Positions 13,761 to 26,115 of a stretch of DNA of 64,000 bases are shown in pieces (the first letter of the stretch is position 1; every line of letters starts with the position of its first letter). Origin of the DNA: Octopus vulgaris (Eukaryota); the NCBI GenBank assembly GCA_951406725.2, contig OX597834.1, positions 18,290,001 to 18,354,000 on the forward strand, given 5' to 3'. A program made the translations under genes and the position numbers. The notes beneath the pieces were generated by a model. It saw only the letters and a program-made list of their open reading frames with translations, was not told the origin of the DNA and did not search any database.

Positions 13761-14823
13761 CGAGGGTTGTCCCGAAAGTAATGTAAATGAGGCATTAAAT
13801 GACATAGGTAATTCAAATTGCACATGTTCTTGGAGTAACTCTTCCTCTATAGTATCTTTTTTTGTTTTTCAGTGCAGGTAAATAATGGGTTTCAAGCAGA
13901 AGCAGCTTGCTGTCATTGAATTGTTGACGAAGGAGGGGGTTCAGGCTGTCCGACATCTACAGTAAGCTACAAGTTGCTGAGAGATAACACCATTGGTAAG
14001 AGTAATGTGAGCAGTTAGATGAAGAGGTTTAAAGACGATAAATAAAAAAAAAATCAATATTAAGGACAAACCACGCAGTGGGGATCATCAGCTGCGACTA
14101 CTGACATGAATTGCCAACAAGAGGACGAAGTGATTCGCGCAGACAGACTGAGCTTGCTGTACAAGTGGACTGTAGTCCATGCGTTACAGAAAATGGTGGA
14201 AGACTAGGTATCAGAAAGTATGTGCCAAGTTGGGTACCTAGGCAGATGACATCCGATTTGAAGAAGGAAAGGGTAGAAGAATTTGAACCCGATGAAGACA
14301 GGATTTATTTTCCCCGATCTTGTGGCAGGAGATGAAATGTAGCTGTATCTTTATGGTCCGGAAACGAAGGTAATGCATCTCTTCTCCAGCGACGGCACAG
14401 AAAGTAACATAGACTGTTTTCGGAGATGACAAAGGCGTCAAGGTTTTCAATTTTCTGGAATGTGCCTATTCCCTGAACAGTGAATGGTACATCGATTTTT
14501 GGCAAGAAATAAGGCAATCGGCAAATTGGACTGGTCATTAGTCCGCCATCAAGATCAGATCTGGCACCCTCCTACGTCCAAAGCTCGATCCAATGAGGGA
14601 CTTTCTTTAGGAACAACGATTTGATGACAAAAAGGAAGCGAGGGTAGCTGTGAAGAATGTACAATACTGCACGCCTAAATTCTTTTCAAAGACAATTCGA
14701 GAGTTGTGTTAATCGATGGCGCAAATGCATCGCTCGTAACGAGGACTACGTTGCTAGTACCTTTGTGTAGAAGAATGTGAACAATCTATGTCCACTTTCG
14801 CATTACTTTCAGGACAACTTGTG
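13761..14823 (+). mobile_element. Decayed mariner element (second family)
   Basis: TIRs cgagggttgtcccgaaagtaatg and cattactttcaggacaacttgtg. Relic motifs WVPRQMT and SDLAPS. Confidence 0.8.
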
Positions 14824-14833
14824 TTTATATATA

Positions 14834-14865
<32 letters not shown>

Positions 14866-14879
14866 ATGATGCTTACCAT

Positions 14880-16372
14880 CACCTTAATTCCCACTTTCTC
14901 AGGGACCACCAATACAGCTTCCACGGAACCAGATCTACAGGACACCTACACTCTTATGTTACTCATCAGTGGGCTCTCACTTTAAAGAAATTCAGAGAAA
15001 GCAACGTTGTTGCTATAAATATTAGCAAAGCTTTCAACCGTATCTGACATCCAAATCTCGTATCAAAACTTCCTGCCTATGGGCTCTACCCATTTTTCAT
15101 CTCTTGGATCGATAGCTTTGTATCAAATCGCACGATTGCGGCATGTGTTGGCAGTGCTCTCTCTCAGTTGCATTCTCAGTCAACTCTGATGTTCCCAACA
15201 ATTCGGTTCTGTCCGTCATAGACCGACTTATCACTATATTCAACAACTACTCTTACGTCGATAACACAATCCTTCATTCCTCCCTAACCATGCATCATCC
15301 ACACGCAAACTAGATATCACGCGCCAAACCTGTATTGAATCCATACATGGAGGGCTTATGAGCATCCTCCAGTGAGTCCATGCCGAGAGAAAAATTTTTA
15401 AAAAGAGTTCCCCCACCCTAAGCCCTATCACACTCCCTCTAATCATGATCAGCACTTTCACAGTTGCGGCAAATGTTAGGTCTCACTGTCAACGAGGATC
15501 TCACCTGGCTAACACACATCTTTAGCATAGCTAGGATCGCATTGCAAAGTCTAACCAGTCTCTTTAGAGTCAGAAGAAATTTCAGTCTCCAACAGCCGCT
15601 GATACTCTACAAGGCTCAAGTGATGCCCACAATGGGGTACTGCTACAACACACATTGGCACCTAGGACAGCAAAGAAGAGACACTTGAGTTGACATCTCA
15701 TAATTAACGGACACATTCCAGTTAAGTACTACTACTGCTCAATGACCAACAGAAACAAAAATCACAAAGCGGTGAGCTGGCAGAAACGTGAGCACGCCGG
15801 GCGAAATACTTTGCGGTATTTCGTCTGCCGCTACGTTCTGAGTTCAAATTCCGCCGAGGTCGACTTTGCCTTTCATCCTTTCGGAGTCGATTAAATAAGT
15901 ACCAGTTACGCACTGGGGTCGATATAATCGACTTAATCCGTTTGTCTGTCCTTGTTTGTCCCCTCTGGGATTAGTAAAGAAATAGGTATTTCGTCTGCCG
16001 CTACGTTCTGAGTTCAAATTCCGCCGAGGTCGACTTTGCCTTTCATCCTTTCGGGGTCGATTAAATAGTATAATATAATCGACTTAATCCGTTCGTCTGT
16101 CCTGGTTTGTCCCCTCTGTGTGTGGCCCCTTGTGGGCAGTAAAAAAATAAGAAACAAAAATCACGTAGGCATACCACACACACACACTTTTCCTACATCG
16201 AGCCACCGAGGGAGCCTCAGCCTAAAATCACGTGCAATCTTTACAGGAAAGGAGACATTGGATAACATAGCACAAGATATATGACGTGTAAGAGAATGAT
16301 GGGATGGTCAACTAAAACGTGGTTAAATCATAAGTCTATTCTGTTAACGCTAATCTTGCTATTAAACAACAG
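14880..16372 (+). mobile_element. Decayed CR1/Jockey-group LINE: RT relic plus 3' tail, interrupted by a SINE dimer
   Basis: ESNVVAINISKAFNRI*HPNLVSKLPAYG resembles ALDISKAFDRVWH. After the SINE the sequence continues into the (AAC)-tailed repeat. Confidence 0.75.
15768..16149 (+). mobile_element. Meta-domain SINE dimer with 15-bp TSD
   Basis: TSD AGAAACAAAAATCAC at 15751-15765 and 16150-16164. Confidence 0.9.
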
Positions 16373-16404
16373 AATACATTATGTATAAAGGGTGGTGAAA
16401 CTGC

Positions 16405-17135
16405 AGGGCTCGAACCAACGACCAGCGAGAAATAGCAGCTAAATCATTCTCAAATAAACCCTGACCATCTTAGAAAACAGAAGTATTGGATAATGTAACC
16501 CGGAGTACACAGTTACGGCTGAGATCTCGTTACTCAGGTCTACGCAACCAGTGCTGATTTGAGGACTTTCAGGCATTTCATGTGCGGTTTATATTGGCTG
16601 AGTATCTTTTGCTTTTCATAATAATTAATATAAAAGAGTAATTAACCAAGCTTTAATTTTTTACCGTAGACTTCTTCATTAGTACAAAAATATGAGGATT
16701 TCAATAAGGTGATACTTTGTGACTCTCAAAGAAGGCCCCTTGATCTGCTATTAATAACAGGTAAATTTTCAGATCATGCCCAACTGTTGTAAAAGAGGAA
16801 GGACACATTTGATAATGTAGTCCAAGGTACTCCGAAAAAAAAAGTGGGAATGGCTACGGAAGGAGAACCCCTTTGGTCAGGTTTACTTAATCAGATTTGA
16901 CTTGGGGTTAAACAATAACATCCGAAGTTTATTTGTGCGTACCTTGTTATTTAACCTCAAGGCCAAACCTGATTGAACAGAATTGTAATCAAAGGTGTTC
17001 CAGGTATGACCATGTCTTTTGGGGAATACCTCGGATTTCATTGTCTAATGTTTTCTTTTTTAAGGTGGTTAAGGTATCGTTTGTGAGATATTTCCAACAG
17101 GCCAAGCGACTGTGTACAGGTTGCTTCGAATGGGC
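16405..17135. repeat. Cluster of old (AAC)n-tailed LINE 3'-end repeats: two plus copies, then one minus copy tail-to-tail
   Basis: Motifs gaaatagcagctaaatc, ggacacatttgataatgtagtcc and gacttggggttaaacaa; the last copy (16945-17135) is inverted. Confidence 0.75.
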
Positions 17136-18033
17136 TCCTTTTCTTTTCTTTTTAAGCAAGTCAGGTCACCCTCGCTACACACAATGAAATATCGTGAAAT
17201 CTTAAATTCAGACAGCATTGATCATGCCTTGCCTGAAGACACCGTCAGTCAGAAACTGATTAACACATTATGAATGAATATACACGTACATACAAGGAAA
17301 AATGAAAAACAATATTTCCAAACTTCTATTCTTTAATAAAAATACGTGATATTATGTATGTTTATGTATGTACCAGCGCCCGAATTATTCTGGAGAAAAT
17401 ACAATAATAAATAAATAAATAAAATATAAATTAGCCTCTTGGTATTACAATGAGAAAACCAAACTGGTTTGTATTATTATGCCTGTCTGGTAGATATACG
17501 TCTGCTTGGTAGTCTGCATGTGATACGAGTGCGATACTAGCCTACTTGAAATAATATACAAGTATGTCTGAAATTATGAAATTGAATATATATATATATA
17601 TATATCAGGTAGTTGTGTAACATGTCTGGTTGTGAGATAAAATAAAACAAAAAGACAGATGGTTCGGTCATCATATATAAACTTTTCTGACATGCATGAT
17701 ATTAACTTGATTTGCTGTGTGATACAAATTTATAGAATGACTATGTAAAACAAGCTGTCTTAAATTAAAAAAAAATATTTATAATCACTTGAATCCTCAA
17801 ACGTCTTGGGATCTACTTGTGCTATATTAGACTAATTTTCTTCCAAGGGCTTATTTTATTGTTAAGCCTCGTATGGTAACGGCAAAAGATTTGGTTTTGT
17901 TTCTTAATACCAAAACGTGAAAAACATTTTGCAAGTGAGAGGTGTCAACTGTCTCGACTGAGCTTATTCCATTTATGAGTGTTGGGTAATAATATAAGTC
18001 TTAGTAAATGTATGATGCCAGTTTAAAAGTTAC

Positions 18034-18187
18034 CGTATGGATCTAGTAGAGAGTATGTGAGATGTAGAATCCTGTTTGTGATATAACCCTAATATATTGC
18101 TCAATATTGATTGGGTAACATCCCTCAGTTGCAATGTTTCCTTCATATTTTGGTTCAGTTTTGTTTGTTTACGTCTGTCAACTTCAC
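18034..18187 (-). CDS. Candidate exon 2 (154 bp); (G)EVDRRKQTKLNQNMKETLQLRDVTQSILSNILGLYHKQDSTSHILSTRSI(R)
   Basis: Minus strand: acceptor cttcccccgttgtag|GTGAAG and donor ATACG|gtaact. Open frame with phase 1 in and phase 2 out. Non-repetitive sequence lying within ORF 18030..18248. Confidence 0.55.
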
Positions 18188-18414
18188 CTACAACGGGGGA
18201 AGTCTTTAGAAATAAACAGAATTTGTTCGCTAGAAAATGTGAGCACAAGCGAATCTAAAAGACAGTCTTCAGTGACGCAACATGTTAAAAGTAATAACAG
18301 TAATTATTAATGTACGTCTAGTGGTTTTATGATATATACGGCTTAACAGTTTAATGCTATGTTCGTCTAGTTATTATTATAGTCTACTATAGCGATTACT
18401 CAATATGTTGTATA

Positions 18415-18925
18415 GTTTATTTAATCAGTCCTGATTGAGCAGACCTACGACCAAAGGCGTTCCAGCCGTTACTATCATGTCTTTTTATGGATATCTGGAA
18501 GTACATTACACAATGTGTACAATATGATCTCAAAGTTTTGGTTGCTATTTCTAGCAAGTCTATGTGGTAATATAAAGGCTCCCTCATTGACTCGTTATTT
18601 AATGTTGTCTAGCTTCAAGTCATCCCTGATCAAGACGCATTTTAGCTGTGATCATCCCGTTGTCTTCAAATAGTGCAAGTGTATCGAGGACTACATTATC
18701 AAATGTGCCTTTGTCTTCTTTAAGACAGCAGCGTAAAATGTGGGAGCGAGTTGACTGCTATTTCTGCAGGTCGTGCGACAACAAAGATTCTTTCGTTACT
18801 TAACCCCAGGTCAGTCTTGATCATGCAGATCTATATCAAAGGCATTCCAACCATGCACCTCTTGAGTTTGGCCTGACAAACATCTATAACTACATTTCTC
18901 AGTGTCCTTCCTTCTTTAAGATGGT
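18415..18925 (-). repeat. Three head-to-tail copies of the (AAC)n-tailed LINE 3'-end repeat
   Basis: Reverse-complement motifs ctgattgagcagacct, caaaggcgttccagcc and gctatttctagca recur. Confidence 0.75.
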
Positions 18926-20687
18926 ATGTATTATGTATTTAATAAGTTGCGTAGTAAGTATAGTTTTGATAACATGTCTCTGTATCGTTGTATAAACATA
19001 GCATAATATGGGGACTCTGATAGGCAAAAATTTGTTGTGGATATACATATATTTTTTAACGCTATCCCTGATGATATTTCTATTATATCATATATTATTT
19101 ATTTAAGTCTATTTCCATATTGGCTTGTATGGTGTGTTTAAGTAATATAAGAAACAAGGACAGTCTGGTTATGTCATAAGACTACATATTCGTGTGATCC
19201 AAGTAGTAATGTATGTGCGTGTAATACAAGCCTGTCTAATGTATGATTCTAATATGTGTTCAGTTGCGTAATATAAAGCTAGTTGTATATGAAATAACAC
19301 GATGTGGTCGAGTGATCAATTGACAAGTGACGGAGAGGTGGTTGTCAGTTGAGCTTTCTGAACAGTTCCAAGAATGAGTATTAACGCATCCAACAGACAC
19401 TTGATTAGATAAAAAGATAGATAGATAGATAGATAGACAGATAAATAAAAAGCGATAAGGAAAGATGGGGGAAAATAAATATCACTACATGTCTGGAAAC
19501 GTAATATAATTTAAACACACGCTGATATATATACACGAACAAACACGTTGAAACATACACAAGTCGTATACACGCGCGCAAGCGCACCTGAGTACATATG
19601 TCCGTCTACTGTCTATGTATACATGCATGTAACTATGTGTATGTATATGAATGTGAGTAGCTGTGTCCGTGTGTGCGCGCCTCTGTTCGTGCTTGATTTA
19701 GTACAGATGTACGCATTTGCTGCTGAATCTGCGTGTCTAGATGTGTGTGTCTGAGAGTGAGAGAGAGAGGGAGAGGGAGAGAGAGGGGAATAAAGAGAGT
19801 GAGTGTTGTGTGTGCGTGCGGCGTGCGCGCGTGTATATGCTTATATCTGGTAATATGAATGAGTGTATATTACTCTTTACTTCAGTTCATAAATATTGAT
19901 TTTTTAAAAATCAGACATGCAGCTATGTTTTGAAAGCGGACGGGTATATAACACTGTCGCTTTTCCCCTATCATATTACTGATATTCACTTTCCGTCCCT
20001 GGTGTATTCAAAGCAAATTGAAACTGCTAGAATTTGAACTAAAGATGAAAATGAGATTAAACTTAGGTGATGACAAACAGAAAACAAAACGCAAAACTCG
20101 CTGAATCTCTTCGGAAAGGCATGAATGTTGAAAATTCCAAAAATCCCTAATCTATAAATCCGAGACGCATAGCTTTTAAAAGAAATAAATATATCGCATA
20201 GCAAATGCCATAAATTTTGTGGAATAGAGAGAACTGTCGATTAAATCGACACCGCCACTTCCATCCAATACTTGACAGGTACTTTATTTTAACAACTCTG
20301 AAAGAATTCGACCTGACTATATTTAATTATTGCAAGGTTAATTTAGCTTGATTGTTCTACCGATTCGGCTATTACTCTTCCAAGGAGATGGTAACAGGAT
20401 GAAAAAAAGGAAATGAGAAAGAGAAAATTTAAAAATTGCACACGAAAAAATTGAAGAAAGGAAAGAGGAAAAACAAGAAGGTAGGAGGAGGAGGAAGAGG
20501 AAGAGGAGAGAAAGAAGGCTAGACAGACAGTTTGCTCCACAGGTAAAGCAGCGAAGGCCACTATACCAGACGAATTACCAACAATGCCAACGTTGCAAGT
20601 CATCCATGCAAACATAGATTGTAGCAGTGCAAGAAAAAGCCTCAAGTAGCGGTAATAGAAAAGTAAGGTGTGTATATGTGTGTGTGC

Positions 20688-20736
<49 letters not shown>

Positions 20737-21169
20737 AGTAGACAAAATTTTAAAAAATGCCCTTGTTACGTATGTGTGTACGTGCGTGTATGTATATATA
20801 TATATATATGACAGAGTGGAAACAAAGACAGATAGACAGACAGACAGAAGGAGGTGGGAGGGCGAGTGTGAGGGAAGAAAAACTGCCTGCTCGCATGTGC
20901 GACCTACATTCCTATGTTTAAAAGGAAGACTTCCACTTCCGCGTTACCCGCTTGCTTGACTCGATACGGCAAATGCAGTCACAGTGTGACGGCGGCAGCG
21001 CCTGAGACAATGGCGTGCCGTTAGCCGACCGGCATGGCTCTCCCTCACCGTCTCGCTCCCCTTCTCAACATGTGAACACGAACAGTTGAAATTGCAAGCT
21101 GCCTACTCTATAACACTACTACTACTGCCATTACTATCTGTAAACTACCGGCAACAACCACCACCAATA

Positions 21170-24100
21170 ACATGTGGTTGGTCTACCTTCTAGAACTAGC
21201 AGCCAAACCTCCCTAAAATCACACCTTAGGTATGTTAACGATGCAGAAACATATAGGATAATGTAGTCGGGGAGGGGTGGGTAAAAAAAAAACGGGGTAC
21301 TGGCTGAAAAGCATCTGATTACGTCGGCTTGTTTAAGACCAAGCTACAAGATAAACAACTTCCTCTCAAATCACACGTTACTGTCTAGAAAAATATCGTT
21401 CGCAATGAGAACTCTTTTGATCTGCAAAATTAAGGGCTGACCAGGGGTTAAACAATAATATATTCATTCGCTATATAACTAACGCCACAACAGTCATCAT
21501 GACTACCACCTTCACCAGAAATACATGATCGCCATACATGCTAGAAATAGCAACTAAATCATACGCTACTGTCTTTAAAAAAGAACATGGCGGAGTTTTG
21601 GAATAGCTGTCCCTCGAAGTCCCTTACCTTACGGGAAAAGAAAATAGTAGTATTTAACCTTTATGCGCGCACACACACACAATATTCCTATTTCATGTAA
21701 CAGAAATAATAATTCTGAATTAAAAAATTTTTTTCCCAAATACGAATTTGTTACACTTTTGTTCTCACCCACTTTCTGTACGAAACATAATCGGGATGAT
21801 CACAGTTGGAACGCCTTTGATCACAGATGATCTTGGGCTAAACTATGTACTATTTCAAATATCATCAACATAACCAACAGCACATAACCATAATCATAAC
21901 AGCACATAACACAATCAACATAACCATAGTCAACAACAGCCTATACGCGATCGCTCGACCTAACAGAAATAGCAGTCAAATCTACTTAAATCATACCCTA
22001 CTGCATTAATAAATGAAGATACACTGGACAATACGGTCCTAGATAAACGAAATGACAGGCTAGTCACAGCTGGATCTAAACAACAACCACTACTATCACC
22101 ATCTGATGATGTCGCTGTCAACGTGCTTTTAATGATCTTTTTAACAATACCCGGAAAAGCTCAAAACTCGAGTTAACGATAAAATCTCTCTGTAGTCACT
22201 AGACTTGGAGCAAATAAATATCTAAATTACAATCCTACCATTATATAAAGGGTCTACTGACAATCATGTAGTCCCAGAGACACTCACTGCTACAAAAAGA
22301 AAAAAATAATAAAGGCACACTCACAACTATATATAAAAAGTGAGAGAGAGAGAGAGATGGTCATGGTCAGAATGTCTTTGATCAAAGGCTTGCTCGATCC
22401 GAGCTGAGCAGCTGTTAAATAACAATTACAACAAAAGTAGTACATTAACGATGAAGTCCCTAACTTCGCCGTCACCTTCACCACCAGCATCATTGTCGAG
22501 CATTAAGGCCAACAACCTCCGAGACAACTGTCAGTAAAGCTCGATCACCACTACCACACGAGACTACAAAAGTAGTCAAAGAGTATCAACCACTACCATC
22601 AACTGTACAATGACAATTACTAACTATTATACCAAGAACATCATTAGAAATAATACTCATGTATCTTAGGTAATCACTCAATGACATCCGTGCTCACTTC
22701 GATGGAAATCAATAGAGGAAAGGAATGTGTAAGAGAGCATGATGACAACATTAACAACGACGACGATGATGATGATCTCTCATAAATATCAACAACAATC
22801 ATAGATATACAGAAAATGGTTAAATGTGATAATTTCAACAAGCATTGAGCAAACTGCTTAATGCTGCTGATGATGACAACAATGAAAATGATGACGACCA
22901 TCACCACCACCACCACCACCAAGAACGAAGTCAATGATCGAGCAGCCTTACATGGTCGCTCGAATTGTTAGAAATAGCAGCAAAATTACCCATCAGTCAC
23001 ACCTTGTTATCTTTAAAAATATGGAAGAATACGCATGCAATCCTAGAAAATCCCCAATAAATAAGGGTGGTCATGACTGGAACGCCTTTGATCATAAGTC
23101 TTCTCTATCAGGATTAAAGTGGAGCTAAAAACAAGCTTCGAACGCCGAACACAGCACAATAGTAGTTAGGAAGTTCTTGGCAGTCAGTGGGAGAGGTAAA
23201 GACTGCAATAACAGAGGGAGAAGGAGAGAGAAAAAGAAAGAGAGATGGGAGGTTAGAGAAAGGCTACCTGTTTGCATTATTTCAGGTAAAAAATGTTTTT
23301 ACCCAATTGGTTTTACTGAGTCCTGTCACTCACAACATTGCTCCATTCTTTTTAATCTAAATAATAAATCAGGCATAATACGCAAAAGCGTTTTTCCTCT
23401 TGTTTTTAAATACTACCCATAGAAATATTGCACTGCGAGTCGAAAATAATTTTTAATTGAAAATATAGTCCTTCGGAGGATGTGTGTGTGTGTGTGTGCA
23501 ATTGAGAATAGTCATACTAATTTAAATGACTGACAATCATGCATTCCATTTCTCATACTTCGTTACAAACTAAAATACAAAGTTTTTTTTTTTACTAAAA
23601 AGTAGAATAAGCGAGTCGATTCTCCTATCCACTCACAATACATATATTATAAGTCCTTGTTTTTCTCGGCCACCCAAAGAAAGGCAAGATCAAACAACAA
23701 CAACAACAATAATAATAATAATTTCATATGCACAAATCCAGACATTTAAGGGAGGGTACAGTCGATTATATCACCACCTAGTACTTGACGGGTACTTTGT
23801 CTTATTGATTCTTCCTCGATGACAGTATATCTAACAATCGTAACAACTGCAAATAAGTACAAAGTAAAAAAAATAAAACCGACTTTGTAAACTTTCTCAA
23901 ATCTGAAACAACAATTAATAGAAACGCTCAAAACAGTTTACGTTGTGAAGAAAAAGTTAAGACAAAACAAGATTTCCTTTCTTTCTTATGTGTTGAAGTG
24001 AATAAATAGAAGGCTTTGACGAAAGTCGAAAGTGAGTAAAGAGGGAGACTCGAGTTGGTCACTCAAGATATAGACATAGCAAACATCTAAAGCATCACGC

Positions 24101-24215
24101 CAATGTCTTAAAATAAGGTAATCCTAGATATTCAAAAAGATGATAGGATCAGAGCTGGAATACTTTTAATTATAGATCTGCTTGATTAAGCCTGACTGGG
24201 GGATAAACAACAACG
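21170..24215 (+). repeat. Array of about eight degenerate co-oriented LINE 3'-end repeats
   Basis: Repeated tagaaatagcag..aaat, ggaacgcctttgatca and gggctaaacaac blocks near 21190, 21360, 21540, 21795, 21950, 22180, 22950 and 24050. Confidence 0.7.
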
Positions 24216-24961
24216 AATAAAGACGTTGGCATCGACCAAATACCTACAAAGTGAACCAGTTTGTTTACTAAACATCCCGATAGTTGAAGACAACGGATAT
24301 TTCAAATGAACAAAAACTAAACCGTTTCGATTTCATCAAAATCTGAAGGATAAGAAGACAAAGAAAGAAAAAAAAGAAACGTTAGAGATAGTAAGTAACA
24401 AAGCAAGATCATAATTAAGAGTGAGTGAAAGAAGAAAAAGTGTGTGTGTGAAAAAGAAAGAAAGAGAAAGGGAGATAGGGAGAGAGAGAGAGGTCCCTAA
24501 TGTTTCAGAGGGGCTCATAGCGGAAGTGGGAATAGATCCAGCAAGAGCTGCCTGCCTCCCATTTTCTGATTATAGAATTTAACAGTCAGATATGCCGGTC
24601 TACAACTGAATAAAATATATATTTAAAAAAAGACAAAACAAACTCACGCTACTTACAGAGATGTTCATGTGTGGAAAGATGAGGCTGAAGAAGAGATCTT
24701 GTTTATATGAAGGGAAAAGACGGTGGCAAAAAGGAGAGCTATAAAAAAATAAATAAAAGGGAGAGCTTTCCAAGCTGGCAGTAAAGCAACAGAGGGAGAA
24801 AGGGATAGGAGAGACATATACTGAAAGAGTGAGTGGTTGAAGAGAGTGAACCCATCTCATTATAATGATTTATGCAGAGGTCACTAGGTCAGAAACAGTA
24901 AGCACCCAACACAACATATAAGACGTCGAACATAGCCACGCAAATATATATATATACATAC

Positions 24962-25002
<41 letters not shown>

Positions 25003-25768
25003 TGTGTGTGTGTAAACATCCAAGGTAAGCACAGTGAAACAGCAACGGTAGGAAAATGTGCAGGGCACTAACAATAACGTAGTAATAATAAATTTGGTGT
25101 CTTGCAAAGATGCTATGCATTTCTGAAGGTAATATAATACTTAGGAGGTTAGGCAATAAATGTTTCTTTGGTTCGATAAACTGAAAGACAAAAACGATTA
25201 CGGTAAAGAAATAAAACAGTAAGAAAAAAAATATCTGTCCGGATCGAGTAGCGAGGGTGGAGTAAAGTGGAATTAGAGCGAGAGAACAAAGAAGAGTTCT
25301 TTGTTCTGGTGTCAAGAACAAATCAGCGATTACTAAGTGGGGGAGCAGACGAACTGCTAGGAAGTTGAAGATGGGGCCACAGAAATTCTGTGACCAGGGC
25401 ATAAACATAACTAATGACACCAATGGAAATGGACAGAACATTTCTTTCTTTTTTTTTCCCGATGTAACACTTAGTTTAAAAAAAAAAAATAATGAATTTT
25501 CGTTTTTTTTTTTTAAAGTCTTTCTCGATGTAAATTGGGAAAGGTTTATTGCTACTTCTCTCCCTTATTTAAAAGAATGATTTAACTGATATATCTGGGT
25601 TCACCTCAGGCTAAAGGGAAACAAGATTGTGCTCCCTGTTATCGCTGTTATAACTGTACACAACGGGATCTCATGACAAAAAGGTAAATAGCAAAGAAAA
25701 CCCTTAACAAAAGTGATGACACGAAAGAAACCCTTAGAAAAAGCGATCCTTAACACAGACACACTTAC

Positions 25769-26030
25769 CTATCATTCGGCGAAAGGAGATGCGGATTTCG
25801 GTTGGGATTTATTTCTTTCTGACCGCAACTAACTTCACCGTGTAGTGACAAGTATATATATATCCCATCAGTTATTTGTTGTGGCTGAAAGATTCTCTCA
25901 CTCTCGGTCGTCTTTGACTAGTTCTTGGGTTATCGTTGTTACAGCAAGCTGCGACTTCTCTTAAGCCCGAACCACTTCTCTCCCTCACACACTCGACATT
26001 ATTTGTCTTTTTGTTTGTTACTTTTCTTTA
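25769..26030 (-). other. Candidate first exon, mostly 5' UTR; possible ATG ATA G at 25775-25769
   Basis: Strong donor ATAG|gtaagtg on the minus strand at 25769/25768, in CpG-retaining unique sequence just downstream of CCAAT boxes. The 5' boundary is approximate. Confidence 0.5.
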
Positions 26031-26040
26031 TTACTATATC

Positions 26041-26115
26041 TCTCTTTCAAACAAGAAAATTTCCGCTCCTTTGATTGGTTCGTGAGATGCTAAAATATCG
26101 TTCTGATTGGTTAGA
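26041..26115 (-). promoter_or_regulatory. Putative promoter: two CCAAT boxes 32 bp apart, an E2F-like site and a CHR-like TTTGAA
   Basis: ATTGG at 26074-26078 and 26106-26110; tttccgc near 26060-26066; ttcaaa at 26046-26051. All lie immediately upstream of the candidate first exon. Confidence 0.45.

Noticed and set aside
17230-17262. Other hammerhead-like strings (ctgaaga..gaaac here; near 10320-10346 and 24320-24340 on minus)
   Set aside because: Helix II or helix I does not pair, or the core is incomplete.
24884-25441. 185-aa minus-strand ORF
   Set aside because: Low-complexity F/L/Y composition, crosses a (TA)n tract, has no splice support and lies in the predicted intron.
25810-25868. 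ATG at 25868 as the main start codon
   Set aside because: It stops after 19 codons (MGYIYTCHYTVKLVAVRKK*), so at most it is a uORF unless the (TA) run length is mis-assembled.
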